Assembly: GCF_009834535.1 (NCBI RefSeq)
Contig: NC_045696.1
Location: 58,468,001 to 58,532,000, forward strand
Direction: 5' to 3'
Origin: Camelus ferus
Taxonomy: Eukaryota
DNA length: 64,000 nucleotides
Below, one piece after another: positions 52,551-64,000 of this stretch (positions within the stretch are counted from its first letter, which is position 1; each line of letters opens with the position of its first letter). A program made the position numbers and the translations under genes. The notes beneath the pieces are model-generated. The model was not told the DNA's origin and did not search any database. It saw only the letters and a list, made by a program, of their open reading frames with translations.

Positions 52551-52566
52551 CCCACAATGCATTGCG
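52551..52566 (+). promoter_or_regulatory. ZNF143 (Staf/SBS) binding motif
   Basis: cccacaatgcattgcg matches the ZNF143 consensus core CCCACAATGCATTG; a second partial site ggattgtggga at about 52808-52818 lies on the other strand. Confidence 0.75.
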
Positions 52567-52604
52567 GGCCGCGTCACTCGGAGCGGCGGGTCCCAGCTCG
52601 ACAG
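52567..52604 (+). other. SEC22A: SEC22A non-coding exon 1 (5' boundary approximate)
   Basis: Splice donor CAG|gtacgg at 52604/52605 inside the CpG island, upstream of the first coding exon. The TSS cannot be fixed from sequence. Confidence 0.7.
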
Positions 52605-55600
52605 GTACGGCCCGGCCCCTCCTAGTCCTCGTTCTTCCCTTCTCACGGTCGCCCGGACGCCTGGCTGGCCGTTCCCTCTCTCTTCGTCTTCTTCCACAGC
52701 CTCCGCCCTCTCTCTCGAGACTACAGACCTACTCCGGGCGGGAACAAAGCTCGTGGCTTGGGGGCGGGAGCCGGGAGTCGTCGGAACCGCGGAGCTTTGG
52801 AGGGGCAGGATTGTGGGACTTCGTCCCCTTCGACTTGAGGGGTCTGTGGGGCCGCGCAAATGGCAGTTGCCCTTCAGCTGACTTGCCCAGTTATGGGGCA
52901 GCCTGGGCAGGGGACCGAGGGGGTGGGACAGTAGCTCTTGGCTGCCAGCGGTGGGGGGCATTCCTTGGCGCCCAGGTGTCAGAAACACGGTGACCTAACT
53001 GGGCTGCTTAGGTGGCCCAGAGAACTTGACGTGACATTTCTTCTTTTAGGCAGAGTGTCTTACTTTGCCTTTTGTGGGATCGAATGAGTATTGAGCCCAA
53101 AGATTTGCCCGCGTTGGCTCACGAAGAACTCTTACGGCCCTGTTAATGTTAATGGCACTTTGGGAACGGTGTTTCATTAGGGACACCTGAGCAATTGACG
53201 CCACAGATGGAAGAGAGTTCCGAAATAGGAGGCCGAACCACCGCCGGCTTTAATTTCTCTGCCATTGAAAACAGCGTTGGCTTTTTCTCTTCCTTAGTTT
53301 CCTAGATTATCCACCTGGGGCAGTGGCAGAGCTTGAGAACCAGTTCCTCCTGTGCCTCTTCAGCCAAGGCAAAGCCCAGGGCTAAATTAGTGTCAGCCAC
53401 CAGGTGGGAGATGTTGGGATCCCAGTTAACAGGTGAAACAGCCACTCTTTAAACTCTGAGTCACATTTCGGCTTAACTGGCATTTGCTCAGGAGCTAAGT
53501 AAGATAATAAGAATTCAGGCAATGCCTCCAAAAGTACCTACAATTTCTAGTGTAGGAAGGCGGTGTAGCTCAGTGTTTGAACCTGATGTCTGTGACTATG
53601 CCCTGCCCTAAGTTAAGGGACATTTTGTCATTTCCTATGTTGAGAACCATGATTTCAATTTAGTGCCTTTTCTTGGTGTATGACTGATTCTTAAAATTCT
53701 AAGTGTATTTTATACCGGTGTATGAACAGAGCCCAGGTCTTATCAAAGGGGTGCCTGTGACCTTCTTATCCTTGTAGTTGAGTAAGAAGCTCAAATATGT
53801 TGAGAGGCAGTGTCTCACAGGACAGGTAGAGTTAGGCCCAAGTTTGTCTGTCACTTGCTAGTTTAGGGATTGAATAAGTTACTTTTCTGAGCTTGAATTT
53901 CCTCAGAGGTAAAGTGGAGCTGATAGTATCTACCTCACAGGTTATTGCAAGGCTTAAATGAGGTAGTGTGAAAAGGTGTCTGGTAAATAGAGGGCAGTCA
54001 ATAAATACTAATATCAAACACTTAATATTGTACTTTTAGTCTGCAAGGTGATGTTTCAGTTTCCTTACATGTCCCGATGAGGTAGGTACCATTAGTATCT
54101 TTTTTTTTTTAAACCCTATGGGATAGATACTGTTGGTAGCCACAATTGACAGATGAGGATATTGAATATAAAAAGGCAAAGCTTGCCCAAGTTTACACAG
54201 TTACTACATGGTGGAGCCAGTTTTTGAAACCAAGGAAGTCTGGTTCCAGAGTTCATCCTGTGAACTACAGTCCTATACTGCTTCTTAAAGAAAATGTAAG
54301 CTGGTTTTTAAAATTACTATTATTTCAAAATGAGTAGCCAGTTTCTGTATCATTGGGTTCTTGCTCCTTGTTGGTTGTAGGAGGTAGTACAGTGATGTAG
54401 GGATACAAGAGACTTAGGTTTAAGCACCAGTTCCGCTCTGTATTAGCAATGTGATGTTGATAAAGGGCTCCTCAGTTTCCTCATCTGTAAAATGGAGATT
54501 ATATCTGCCTCACTCTTTGTGAACTGTGGGGTGTTACACAAATGATTGAGGCATTTGTGCATGTGTTGGAGGCCTTGTTCCAAGATGTGGGTATAATCTC
54601 CTCTGGAGCCTGAGGGCTTATACATATTGTGCAGTACAGGCACCTGTAATAGCGATACCAAAGGCTGCTAGTAAGGTGGAGGGCTCAGGCAAAGCTACAA
54701 AATAAACTCTGTTTGTTCTTGCTACCCTTTCCTCTTCTCTTCAAGCTCTATCTCCCTGGTGCCTTCCTGCTAACCTATGGCTGTATAAAGTCCTTCCCTT
54801 TGCACTCAATCTTGCCCCCACCCTGTGTATCACAGTTAGTATAGCTTTCTTCCCAAATAATCCCCCAGTTCCCACAGGTACTTTTAATAAAATAATATGT
54901 ACCAAGATAGTGTTTCCCAAACTTTGGTAACATCAAATAGGTAAGATAATTTGAATGATAAACAATGAACATTAAAAAAATTCTCCCAAAATTTTCACAC
55001 ACACATTTTAGTGAAACAAAAGAAATATTCTGTGTATTTTAATTTAAGTTAGGACAAGAACCTAACACCTTAAAACTGATTTCACAGATACTATTCTTAA
55101 GGATAGGGCAAAAAATAAATCAATTGAAAGACTTGTATTTGGTCGAATAATAGTACAGGTGGGATGCAGATATGATAAGACTTCTGAAAATGGTACTTGA
55201 GTGAAGTTTGGAAAATAATGAACTAAAATAAAATATGAGTGATTAACCCATTATGAAATGTTTTTATCTTAAAAGAGGCATTTATGAAAACATCTTGCTG
55301 GAAAATAGATATAAAATGTACTCATATGTTGGGTTTTGTTATTTTTTTGAGAGATTACCTCCCTGGTACCTTGGGCCTACAGTCATTACCCCAAAAGGTT
55401 GTGAAGCAGAGAGGTGAGCACCTTGTTATCTTGGGTCTAAAGGGTTGCTAACCACTGCTATTGGAGTTTGGCATTGTGGGAGTTTATTTTCCTCAGACTT
55501 CCATAAATGTTTACTCAGACCCACCAAGGTTCTAACTTGGGCTTTTTCCTCTAGCAGTTACTATTGGGGAAAGATATACAGGCCAGGAGTCAGATTCCCT

Positions 55601-57548
55601 CTAAGTCTTCTCCTGCTGCGTAAAGGCACGTTACATTTTCTGCGTTAAAAGTAAAGGAAAGTGGACCAGTGACCTAAAAGTGTATCTATGGCTCTGGTAG
55701 AACTATTACTGCTCTTGAATCTTCCCATGGAAGTATTTTAACTTCTTCCTTTCCTCAGTTCCCACTGGCTCTTCCTTGGTTTTTCCAACCATGACCTTGC
55801 CTAAACTCTAAGGGTTTTCCTAACCCTAGCTTGGCCTTGACGTGAGCAGATACCTTTTTCTCCTGCCATAGCCCAGATAAGATTGGAGCGTGTATCTGTT
55901 TTTTAAGGAACTGTATTAAGAATCGAGGTTAAAAAAAAAAACGGGGTATATTTATTGAGTTGATAAAGAAGAGATTGCTTATCCTAAGGTGATTGAAATC
56001 TGCCTACAAATTAGTTAAGCCTGGCATTGTTCACTTGACAGTCATCCCAATTACTTTTCTTAGTTCACTGGTTTGGATGCTAGGTCAGATTACTCTAGAA
56101 GGAAGAGATTTAACTTTTTCTTCTTAAAGAAATCTTATTTACTGATAAATGGAAGCAGTTCTCTGACACCATTTCAAGAATTTAGATAGGAAGTATCTCT
56201 GCAGTATTGTGTTTTTGGTTACAAGCCTTAAAGTGTGTATTAGGAATATCTGAAAGGCAAGTTTGTCTAACCATAGTTTTCCAATTAGTAAAGTGGTGGG
56301 CAGCGTATCTTGTGTTTGCTGTTTTCATCTGAATTTCCTTAATTTTGGACTGATGCTCCTTAGTGGTAGGACCTATCTATTCCTAATGTGTGACATAGCC
56401 CCTGACATACATTATGTACTCAATAAATGTTTGTTGAACAATTGGAACTTACAGGTTGGTATTCTTCTCAGTATATGTTTTAGGAAGTATGACTCATATC
56501 CTGTCTTTTGAGTCATAAAAAGGAAAACAGTAACTTTAAAGATTACATGAAAGTTGGCACTCTGTAATAAAGATTTTTCATAATATATCTTTTGGGATCC
56601 TAGAAAGATCAGGCATAAAAGAATGCAGTCTACTTTTAAATATTACTAAGAAAATGGATATTTGGAAACTTCAAGTCGGAATCCTTGCCCTCATGTTAAT
56701 TCCCTGAGTGGTCATTGTGTTGCAGTATGCTTCTGGAAAGACAAAACTTTATATTTAAATAATAATTGTGTAAGGTTATGAAGTAAGACATTTTCCTAAT
56801 TTCTTACACTAAGGTTAAATGTTACAGTTGTGGTTTAATAAATAAAACATGGTAACAATTTTTAAAAGAGGTTTATAGTATAGACATTATCCCTTGAGGG
56901 ATACCAGCTTTCTCTTGCTACTGCTTTTAGAAGAAAAAAGAAACTGGTTGAATAGGAAAAAAAAATGATTTGCATATGTCATGTTGGAACTTTTGTTAAA
57001 GGTTTCCTTTATGGTAAAAGCTAATTTAATTTCTGCTGGGTTTTTTTTCCTTTTAAATAAATGGGGGAGAAAAATATTAAAGGGTGATGACATATTAATA
57101 CCAGCTTTTCCTCTAATTTCCTCATGAAGAGAGAAAAGGGAAGTAAATTGAATGCATAGCTTTATTATTTGGATTAATCTTTATAGTCAGTTACCATCAT
57201 GAATGGGCATTCAGATTTCAACTTGACATAGCAACAAAAGCTATAGACCGCTGGTTTCCAAACCCGGTATAGTTGATTTTCTATGTCATTTTTTGATATA
57301 TTACTATCTCAGTTTTTTGTTTTTGGAGTGAGAAAATACTGACCTAGCTGAGCTGGGAAGGTAAGGATTAATTTAGTCTCTGAGATACAATATCATGAAA
57401 AAAACCCTATGAAATTGTTACCAGATTTTTCAGTTTTTACTAGTTGTGCCTAGTGCTAGTGAAGGGGAAGCATTTAGTGGCATTGTGCTCCAGTGGCCTG
57501 GCAGGAAAGAGTTATCACTGAATTTCAGACTGTGAACATGTTTTAATT

Positions 57549-57737
57549 CAGTGTTTTTCAAAGTATTATCATTAGACAAGTAAGCATGGTAATTACCTGG
57601 AAAATTTGCTAAAAATGGAAAATTCTCAAGCCCTACTCCATAGTCAGTGAATCAGAATTTTTGGAGGATGGGCCCAGAAATCTGCATTTCTTAATAAAAA
57701 TTCCAGTAGTTTTTATACAGGCTGAAATTTGAGAACC

Positions 57738-57741
<4 letters not shown>
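57549..57741. mobile_element. MER5A-like element
   Basis: cagtgtttttcaaa...gaatcagaatttttggaggatgggcccagaaatctgcattt...tttgagaaccactg. Confidence 0.75.

Positions 57742-57774
<33 letters not shown>
57740..57774. repeat. Perfect (TG)17 microsatellite
   Basis: Uninterrupted gt run directly abutting the MER5A terminus in SEC22A intron 1. Confidence 0.95.
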
Positions 57775-57777
<3 letters not shown>

Positions 57778-58708
57778 AAATGAAAATTTGACTGTCTACC
57801 TGATTTCTTTCAGACTTAGGCCTATCCAGTCCTTTTATTTATCTTTTGTAAAACATGATTAGAATATAGTAAAAGAGGTCATTATGATTTACTTTCTGGT
57901 GAAAAAATTGAGAAGCATATCAAAACTAGTATTCCTTTAGCTTTAAGATTTATTTTAAATAAAAATAGTTTTTTCTGATTATAAAAGTAATATGTGCCCA
58001 TTGTGGAATATTATGGAGATTTAGGAAATTATAAAATGATAAATATCACCCATTATACTATTTCCTGGAGATAAGAATAGTAATTTTGTCATGTTTTCTT
58101 CCAGTATTTCTTTCTCTATTTATCACTCCTTTCTGCTTTCTCTGTGTCTTTATGGAAAATAACATATGCAGTTTTGATCCTGCTTTTTCTCTACCTAACA
58201 TATAAGCATTTTACCACACTATTAAACTGATTTTCACAGACATAACTTTTTGTTGCATTATATTCCATCATAGGGGTGTACCATAGCTTATTTAACCATT
58301 CTCCTATTGTTGCATGTTTGTTGTTTTCAATTATTTCTAGGAGAAAATCTCTTTATGTTTAAAATTTTGTCTAAAGCTGATTATTTTCCTTTAAGATAGG
58401 GTTATATATTTAAATTTATTGTGGTCATAGGGCATAAATATTTTTAAATTCTTGTTGAATATCACCAAATTGTTTTGAGAGTCGTGTTTATTCCAGTATT
58501 TACTTCCACATATACTTATGGAAATGCCAGAAAGCAAATATTTTTTTTAATAGCTAATTTGTTGCAGAAAGCATGGTATGTCATTACTTCAATTAGTATG
58601 TCTTTATTAGTGAATTGCACGTTTTTGCACTATGTTTACAGCTGTGTCTTTAATTTCTTACCTAACCCAAATTGTTCATTTTGTTTTAGGTCCTCTCTGT
58701 CGGTTGAA

Positions 58709-58890
58709 ATGTCTATGATTTTATCTGCCTCAGTCATTCGTGTCAGAGATGGACTGCCACTTTCTGCTTCTACTGACTATGAACAAGGCACAGGCATGCA
58801 GGAGTGCAGAAAGTATTTTAAAATGCTCTCCAGGAAACTTGCTCAGCTTCCTGATAGATGTACACTGAAAACTGGACATTATAACATTAA
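58709..58890 (+). CDS. SEC22A: SEC22A first coding exon (longin domain N-terminus); exon starts at 58690
   Basis: Acceptor ttgttttag|G at 58690, ATG at 58709. Encodes [60 protein letters not shown], then AA|gtaaga (phase 2). Later exons were not found in the window. Confidence 0.97.
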
Positions 58891-59199
58891 GTAAGACTTT
58901 ACTTTGCTCCATTAGAATCATTTGCTTAGTGATTGTTATTTTAATGAAATTTAAGTGGTCAAAATAGAAATTAGTGTTTGATTAGGAGAATTTGTTCAAG
59001 TCAAGAGTCATGTGGTTGTGAACTTACACTATATAGTTTTCATCATGTCATCACACTTTTTGCAGTTTCTCTGTTTATGTCTGACTTTAGAGAATCTTAT
59101 AGTTCTGCAGATCACAGGTGTTCTATCTTATAAGTTGAACTTTGGATATTTATTGGTATTCTTACATGCCCAGGAAAACTGTAATGGGAAATATGAAAA

Positions 59200-60170
59200 A
59201 TCATATATGAGACTTGCCCTCAAAGAACTTAAGAAGTTGGCATCCAGTGAGAAGGGGGTAGTGCACATCACTACATATTGCATATAAAGAAAGTGAAACT
59301 GGGTGATGAGAGAGTGACTTTATGGTGGTCAAGGGCCTCTCTAAGAGAGTAACATTTGAACAGAGATGTAAAAGATGTGAAAGAAGTCGGTCTTATGAAT
59401 GCTTTAGATGAAGAGCAAGGCAGAGGTAACAGTGCAGAAGGCCTTCAGTACAGATCAAGGGATGGAAAGAAAACCAAGCAGTAAGGACAATTAAGAGAGT
59501 GGTGGAAGGTGAGGTTAGAAAGGTAGAAATGGGACAGGTTTCGTAGGGCCTTCTAGGCTGTGATTAGGAATTTGGATTGAGTGTAATGTAATAGGAAGCC
59601 ACTGGATAGTTTTAAGCTGGAGAGTTATATAATCTGATTTTGGCTTTGAGTAGATCATCCTTGCTGCTCTATGAAGAATGGACTCTTAAGGGAGAAAGAG
59701 TGGAAGCAAGAGAGATCATTTAGGAGACTTTTAGAGAAGTTGAGGTAGAGGTGATTCTTATAACTTGAATAAAGGTGATAATGATGAGAAGGTGTATTTG
59801 GGCTATATTTTAGGAGTAGCACTAACAAATCTTCCTAATGGATTGAAGTGGGATGTGAGGGAAAGAGAATAATCAAGAGTTATCTCTAGATTTTTTGACC
59901 TTAAGAATGTCCATAATTACTTGGATAATGGAGCTGGAATGTGCAAGGCTAGAGGATGTGAATTTCAGTGGTAAAAATCAAGAGTTCTGTTTGGACTTAG
60001 GTCCGAGATGCCTACTAGACATCCAAGGGGCACTGTCAGGTAGACAGTTGGATGTATAAGTCTGAAGTTTAGTGAAGAGAGACAAGTATGAACATGTAGA
60101 TTTGGGGGTCAGCTTACAATTGATAATCAAAACCATGGGAATAGTTAAGACCACCTCAGGGAGCATACAC
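59200..60170 (-). mobile_element. L2 fragment
   Basis: Purine-rich antisense L2 sequence (ggaagccactggatagttttaagc; gagatgcctactagacatccaag; gacagttggatgtataagtctgaagttt). Confidence 0.7.
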
Positions 60171-63100
60171 ATGAAACAATGGAGAGCAATTAACTCCTGA
60201 GCAGTTTGATACTGATTGTGCATACAATGGGAAATCAGATAAGAACAAGGTCCATATGGAATATAATAAGGAGAGGGCTTTGTTACTGAGATGAAACATG
60301 AGCCATGTCCTGAAGAATTAGTAAAATTTGGCTAAGGCAGAGAGGAGGGCGTTCCAGCTGTAGGGAGAAGGCAAGATAAGTAAAGAATGTAGTATTGTAG
60401 GTGCATTAACCTGCTTGGCCTGGCATAGTGAATGGTGATTCAGAAATAGTTATGGTAAATGTGAGATAATTAGTGTGGGGCCAGATCCTGGATTTCCCTG
60501 AAAGTTCAGTTTGAGTGTTGTCATTTCGATGATATGATAGGTTATAGGAAGCTGTTACTGCAGGTTTGAGGAAAATGACTTGGTTAAAAAACAATGCTGA
60601 GACAGTGAAATACAGGGTGAAATGGAAAGTCTGAGAAGAGGAGAGAAATCAGCTTATAATTAGGGCTTGAGCTAGTAACATACAAGTGCAAGTGAAAAAG
60701 AAAATGCCAACCAGAAAGACACTTGAAAAGAATCATTTAAGCCTGGTAATATGGAATGCCAGAGATGAAGAGAAGGAAGGGACAAAGATAACTTAGAATT
60801 GGAATTGGACAAAACAGGAACTTTGGAAAGGGTTGCTTGTGGGGTGAGGAAGAAGAGGAAGACAGTGAAGCTCCATCTTGAACATCTTAATTGAGCTTAT
60901 GACAAGGAGGACCAGTTAAGGTGGTAGTAGAGACTCATTCACATGGAAATTGGAACTGTGAGGGTAGAAATGCCCACAGAGTTTCTGAGAGGCACAGAAT
61001 AGTACCTTGGAGAAGGTCTATATTTACTTGGATCACCTGGGATAATGAGCTGTTATCTTTAATTGGGCTTTCTGAGAGTTTTAATTAGAAAATGTGGTGG
61101 TGGTGATGGTGGTTTAAAATATATCTAAAATCTCGGCCTACTTCTGTTTTTTGAAGAAAAAGCCTGAAGCGTTCTAATATTTAATAATCAGGCTCTTTTA
61201 ATGCCCTGGGTGATTATTCTGAGTTTCAGTTTTTGTGTAGTATTGTAGACAGATGTCAACATTACAGAAGATTGGCTTGAATGTATATTAATTCTGGCAG
61301 GTATCCTGGACTTAAAAAAACACAACTCTTTTGCAAATGTTTTTGTTCCTCTACCTTATTGTCTTAAAGCTAGAGTAGAATGTAGTAAAATTTTAACAGT
61401 CCTCCAATGCTGTTTAATTGTTAATTCTAGATTTTGTATTATTTATTTGCACCCCATGTTATTCCACAAAGGATGTCAGGCAATTTACAAAAAAAAAAAA
61501 AAAAAAGAATTCACGAAAACAGGTAAGAGAATTGTATGAAGGAAATAAACCAAAGTAACATTTCCTTCTGGAGAGACAAACCATGTAGTTTGTTCATTTT
61601 TTAGGAAAGGGCTATGGATATTGTCCTGAACTTCCTTGGAGGCCAAAGCAAAGAGGGATAAAAAAATATGCTGTGTGGACCATTTATAGGATTCACAATA
61701 TCCATTGGATAAAAACATTGCTTATCATGTTACTGAAACCTGATGTACATAAAGAGAGACAGCATTTGGACAGCATTCTTCCAGCAGCCACAATAATGAG
61801 CTTTTTATGATTTTTCTTATAATATTCCTTAGCGTAAACAAATGACATAATGCAGAAGGCAGTTTTATGGGAGTGTTTAGGAGTGGAATGAATCAGCAGA
61901 GGTCTAATCAGCCTGATCTAAGAATACAATTTAGAAATGTCTAAAGGAATAAATAGATTACATGGCCCTTAGAAACACACACAGAAAAGCCTTTCATATA
62001 TTATTTTTGTAGCCAAGTTTTAAAGAAGGATTGAACAACAGAATTTTTATTTCTAGTTCCTGACAAGAACCTGGACTTCATATATTTTCTATCATTGATT
62101 AGAAACCTTGTTAGTTGGTTTCTAGTTTATTGAAGTTTTTATGCTATGTAACAATAAATTTAGCCTGAAATATATAAAATTGGGAATTTACGTGTGTACC
62201 TGACTTATTTAAAATTCTCATATGACACCTTTTTCTAACCACCATGAGTTTGCCAGATAAAACTCAAAGATCTGCAGTAGTCATCTAGCACAGCGTGAAA
62301 CCAGCACTAGTTTGGTTTCCTAGCCATGTTTCTAAATGCTTTTTCTTTCAAAGCCCAGTTTACAGCTTACTTCTTTTGAATTACCTTCTGCCTCATTACT
62401 GCTGTTTAACTTCTCTAGTGGTTTCCCTCCCTTCACAGACAATCTGTAGAACTTGATGGACTTTTTCATCATTTTTTTCTTTACATTTTTAAAAATTTCT
62501 ATATCCACTCTCTACAAATAGGTTGTAACTAATTGAGAGAATTGATCTGCCCTCCTCTGTATTATTTTTGATTCCTCATCTCTTAGTATTGTGGTCTTCA
62601 AATTTGTACAGAAATCAAAATGCTCTTTGCAGAATACCACTAAGAAGCAAAACTAAGTGTATAATTATGTGTTAAATCAGATTATACATCACGTTAGATT
62701 CTACTTCAGTAGGTAGAGAAAGACCAGAGTTTTGAGGGAAAAAAAAATAGGTAAGTAACATTTAAAATTGAGAACTTCCCTTTAATTTTCTCACCCTGTA
62801 TATGGGAAACTGATGAATTTCATCAGACTATAGTAGCTGCATACTTTAGTTCAGCTAATGGAGCGTGTTCTGTAGAGACTGGCTTGTGCTGACACAGAGC
62901 CTTGCACATACAATAGCTGCTACATGAGGGAGGGGTGGTTGTTTGTGGGATATGGCAGTGTTCAAAGTGCCATGGAGTTAAGTCTTCATTTTCTTCAAAA
63001 TTCTTCACCTTGGCTCATTGATTGGGGGTGGGGGCTGCATAATCCAGTTTTGCGATTTCTCTTCATATTACATAGTGATACAACAGTTATTTGCATAAAA

Positions 63101-64000
63101 TTTTAAGGAATTCATCTCTTTTATTAGTTGAAGGATACTCCTTAAATTGTAATAAATAATATATAAACTTACTACTTAAGAAACAACAATGGTCATAGCA
63201 ATAATTATGAACCATATGAAAATTAAGTTGTGTCTTATGAGATCTTAAAACTTTGAGGTTGGTTTTAGGTGTTTAAAAATCATAGTTGTACATTTTGAGA
63301 TCCCTTTAAACATTGAGACACTTATCTTATGAAAATACAAACCCTTTGGGAGGTCAGTCATACTCTGTTGAGTTTTAGCGCAAGAAATAAAATTCCTTAG
63401 TTCTTTCACAGCAAATTCATTTGAAGTCTGATAGTGGCTGTGGGCTTCATAGGTTCTCTTCTTACCCTAGAAGTCACTTTCTTCATATTTGTCCCCAAAC
63501 TGCTACCTCCAGCTGGGAATGCTGTTTTGGACTTAACCTGCCTTTTGGTTTTTGTTTCTGGATTTCCTTTCACTCTTTGGTGGTTTTGTTTGTTTGTTTG
63601 TTTCACTAATATTTTCTGATTACAAGAATAGCAACTTCAGCAATGACCCAGTTATTAAAAATACCAGCAATTGCCAGGTGCTTTACTTATCATTAAATTT
63701 AAGTTAAATTTAAGAAACTTATTCAAAGTCCCAAAGCTAATAAATGGTATATCTTGACATGCAATCATTTGTCTTCAGCATTCACATTATTCTCTGGTAA
63801 AAGAAGAAGTGGCCTCCCTTTACCCTTAACCTCTTTCTTGATAGGGCAAGGAGAAATTAACCAGGGAAGAGAATTTAGTAAAACTACTCTTCCCCTTTTG
63901 GTTGAGAAATGATGAGCAGCAGGGTATGTGTGAAGTCTGGAATTGATGAGAGCATGGCCTCACTAGACAAGGTGTTTAGGAGGGAGGGGGTATAGCGGGG

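Larger units (their letters stand above)
52400..52990. promoter_or_regulatory. SEC22A: CpG-island promoter of SEC22A with GC boxes and inverted CCAAT box
   Basis: Sharp CpG/GC enrichment in an AT-rich background. GGGGCGGGG at 52417-52425 and 52476-52484, ATTGG at 52451-52455; no obvious TATA box. Confidence 0.9.

Noticed and set aside
52347..52993. Overlapping 213-aa (-) and 187-aa (+) ORFs
   Set aside because: Expected stop-poor frames in a CpG island; P/R/G/S-rich with no recognisable domain, and they cross the SEC22A exon 1 donor.
53556..53585. ggcggtgtagctcagtg A-box-like motif
   Set aside because: No B box or tRNA/SINE body follows at the expected spacing.
58475..58708. N-terminal extension of the SEC22A ORF
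   Set aside because: Mostly upstream of the acceptor at 58690, in old repeat-like intronic sequence, and starts at a non-ATG codon.
63979..64000. Possible SINE head at the window edge (ggagggggtatagc)
   Set aside because: Truncated by the window and diverges from the family after tatagc.
1..64000. CRISPR arrays, rRNA, operons or other prokaryotic systems
   Set aside because: The sequence is mammalian with spliceosomal introns; no repeat-spacer arrays or rRNA-like segments were seen.

Overview
Mammalian genomic DNA, probably camelid (inferred from the tRNA-derived SINE type and the absence of recognisable Alu, BovB/Bov-tA, PRE-1 or CAN SINEs). The + strand carries the last four coding exons and poly(A) signal of PDIA5 (3105-14006), including the third thioredoxin domain WCPHC site and C-terminal KEEL. 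About 38 kb later come the CpG-island promoter, non-coding exon 1 and first coding exon of SEC22A (about 52400-58890). The interval is repeat-rich: L1, L2, MIR, MER5A, MER20, a Tigger2-type MITE, an MLT2 LTR and a nested two-LTR ERVL remnant with gag and dUTPase traces. The most notable observation is a chain of exon-like segments on the minus strand in the non-repetitive islands between about 14.7 and 42.4 kb. They are bounded by AG/GT sites, several junctions are phase-compatible, and the frames are broken by scattered stops. Parts of the translation resemble RGS domains and the N-terminus of RGS22/RGSL1. I interpret this as a possible decayed gene (unitary pseudogene), head-to-head with SEC22A and tail-to-tail with PDIA5. 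This comes from manual translation and recalled motifs and needs homology searches.
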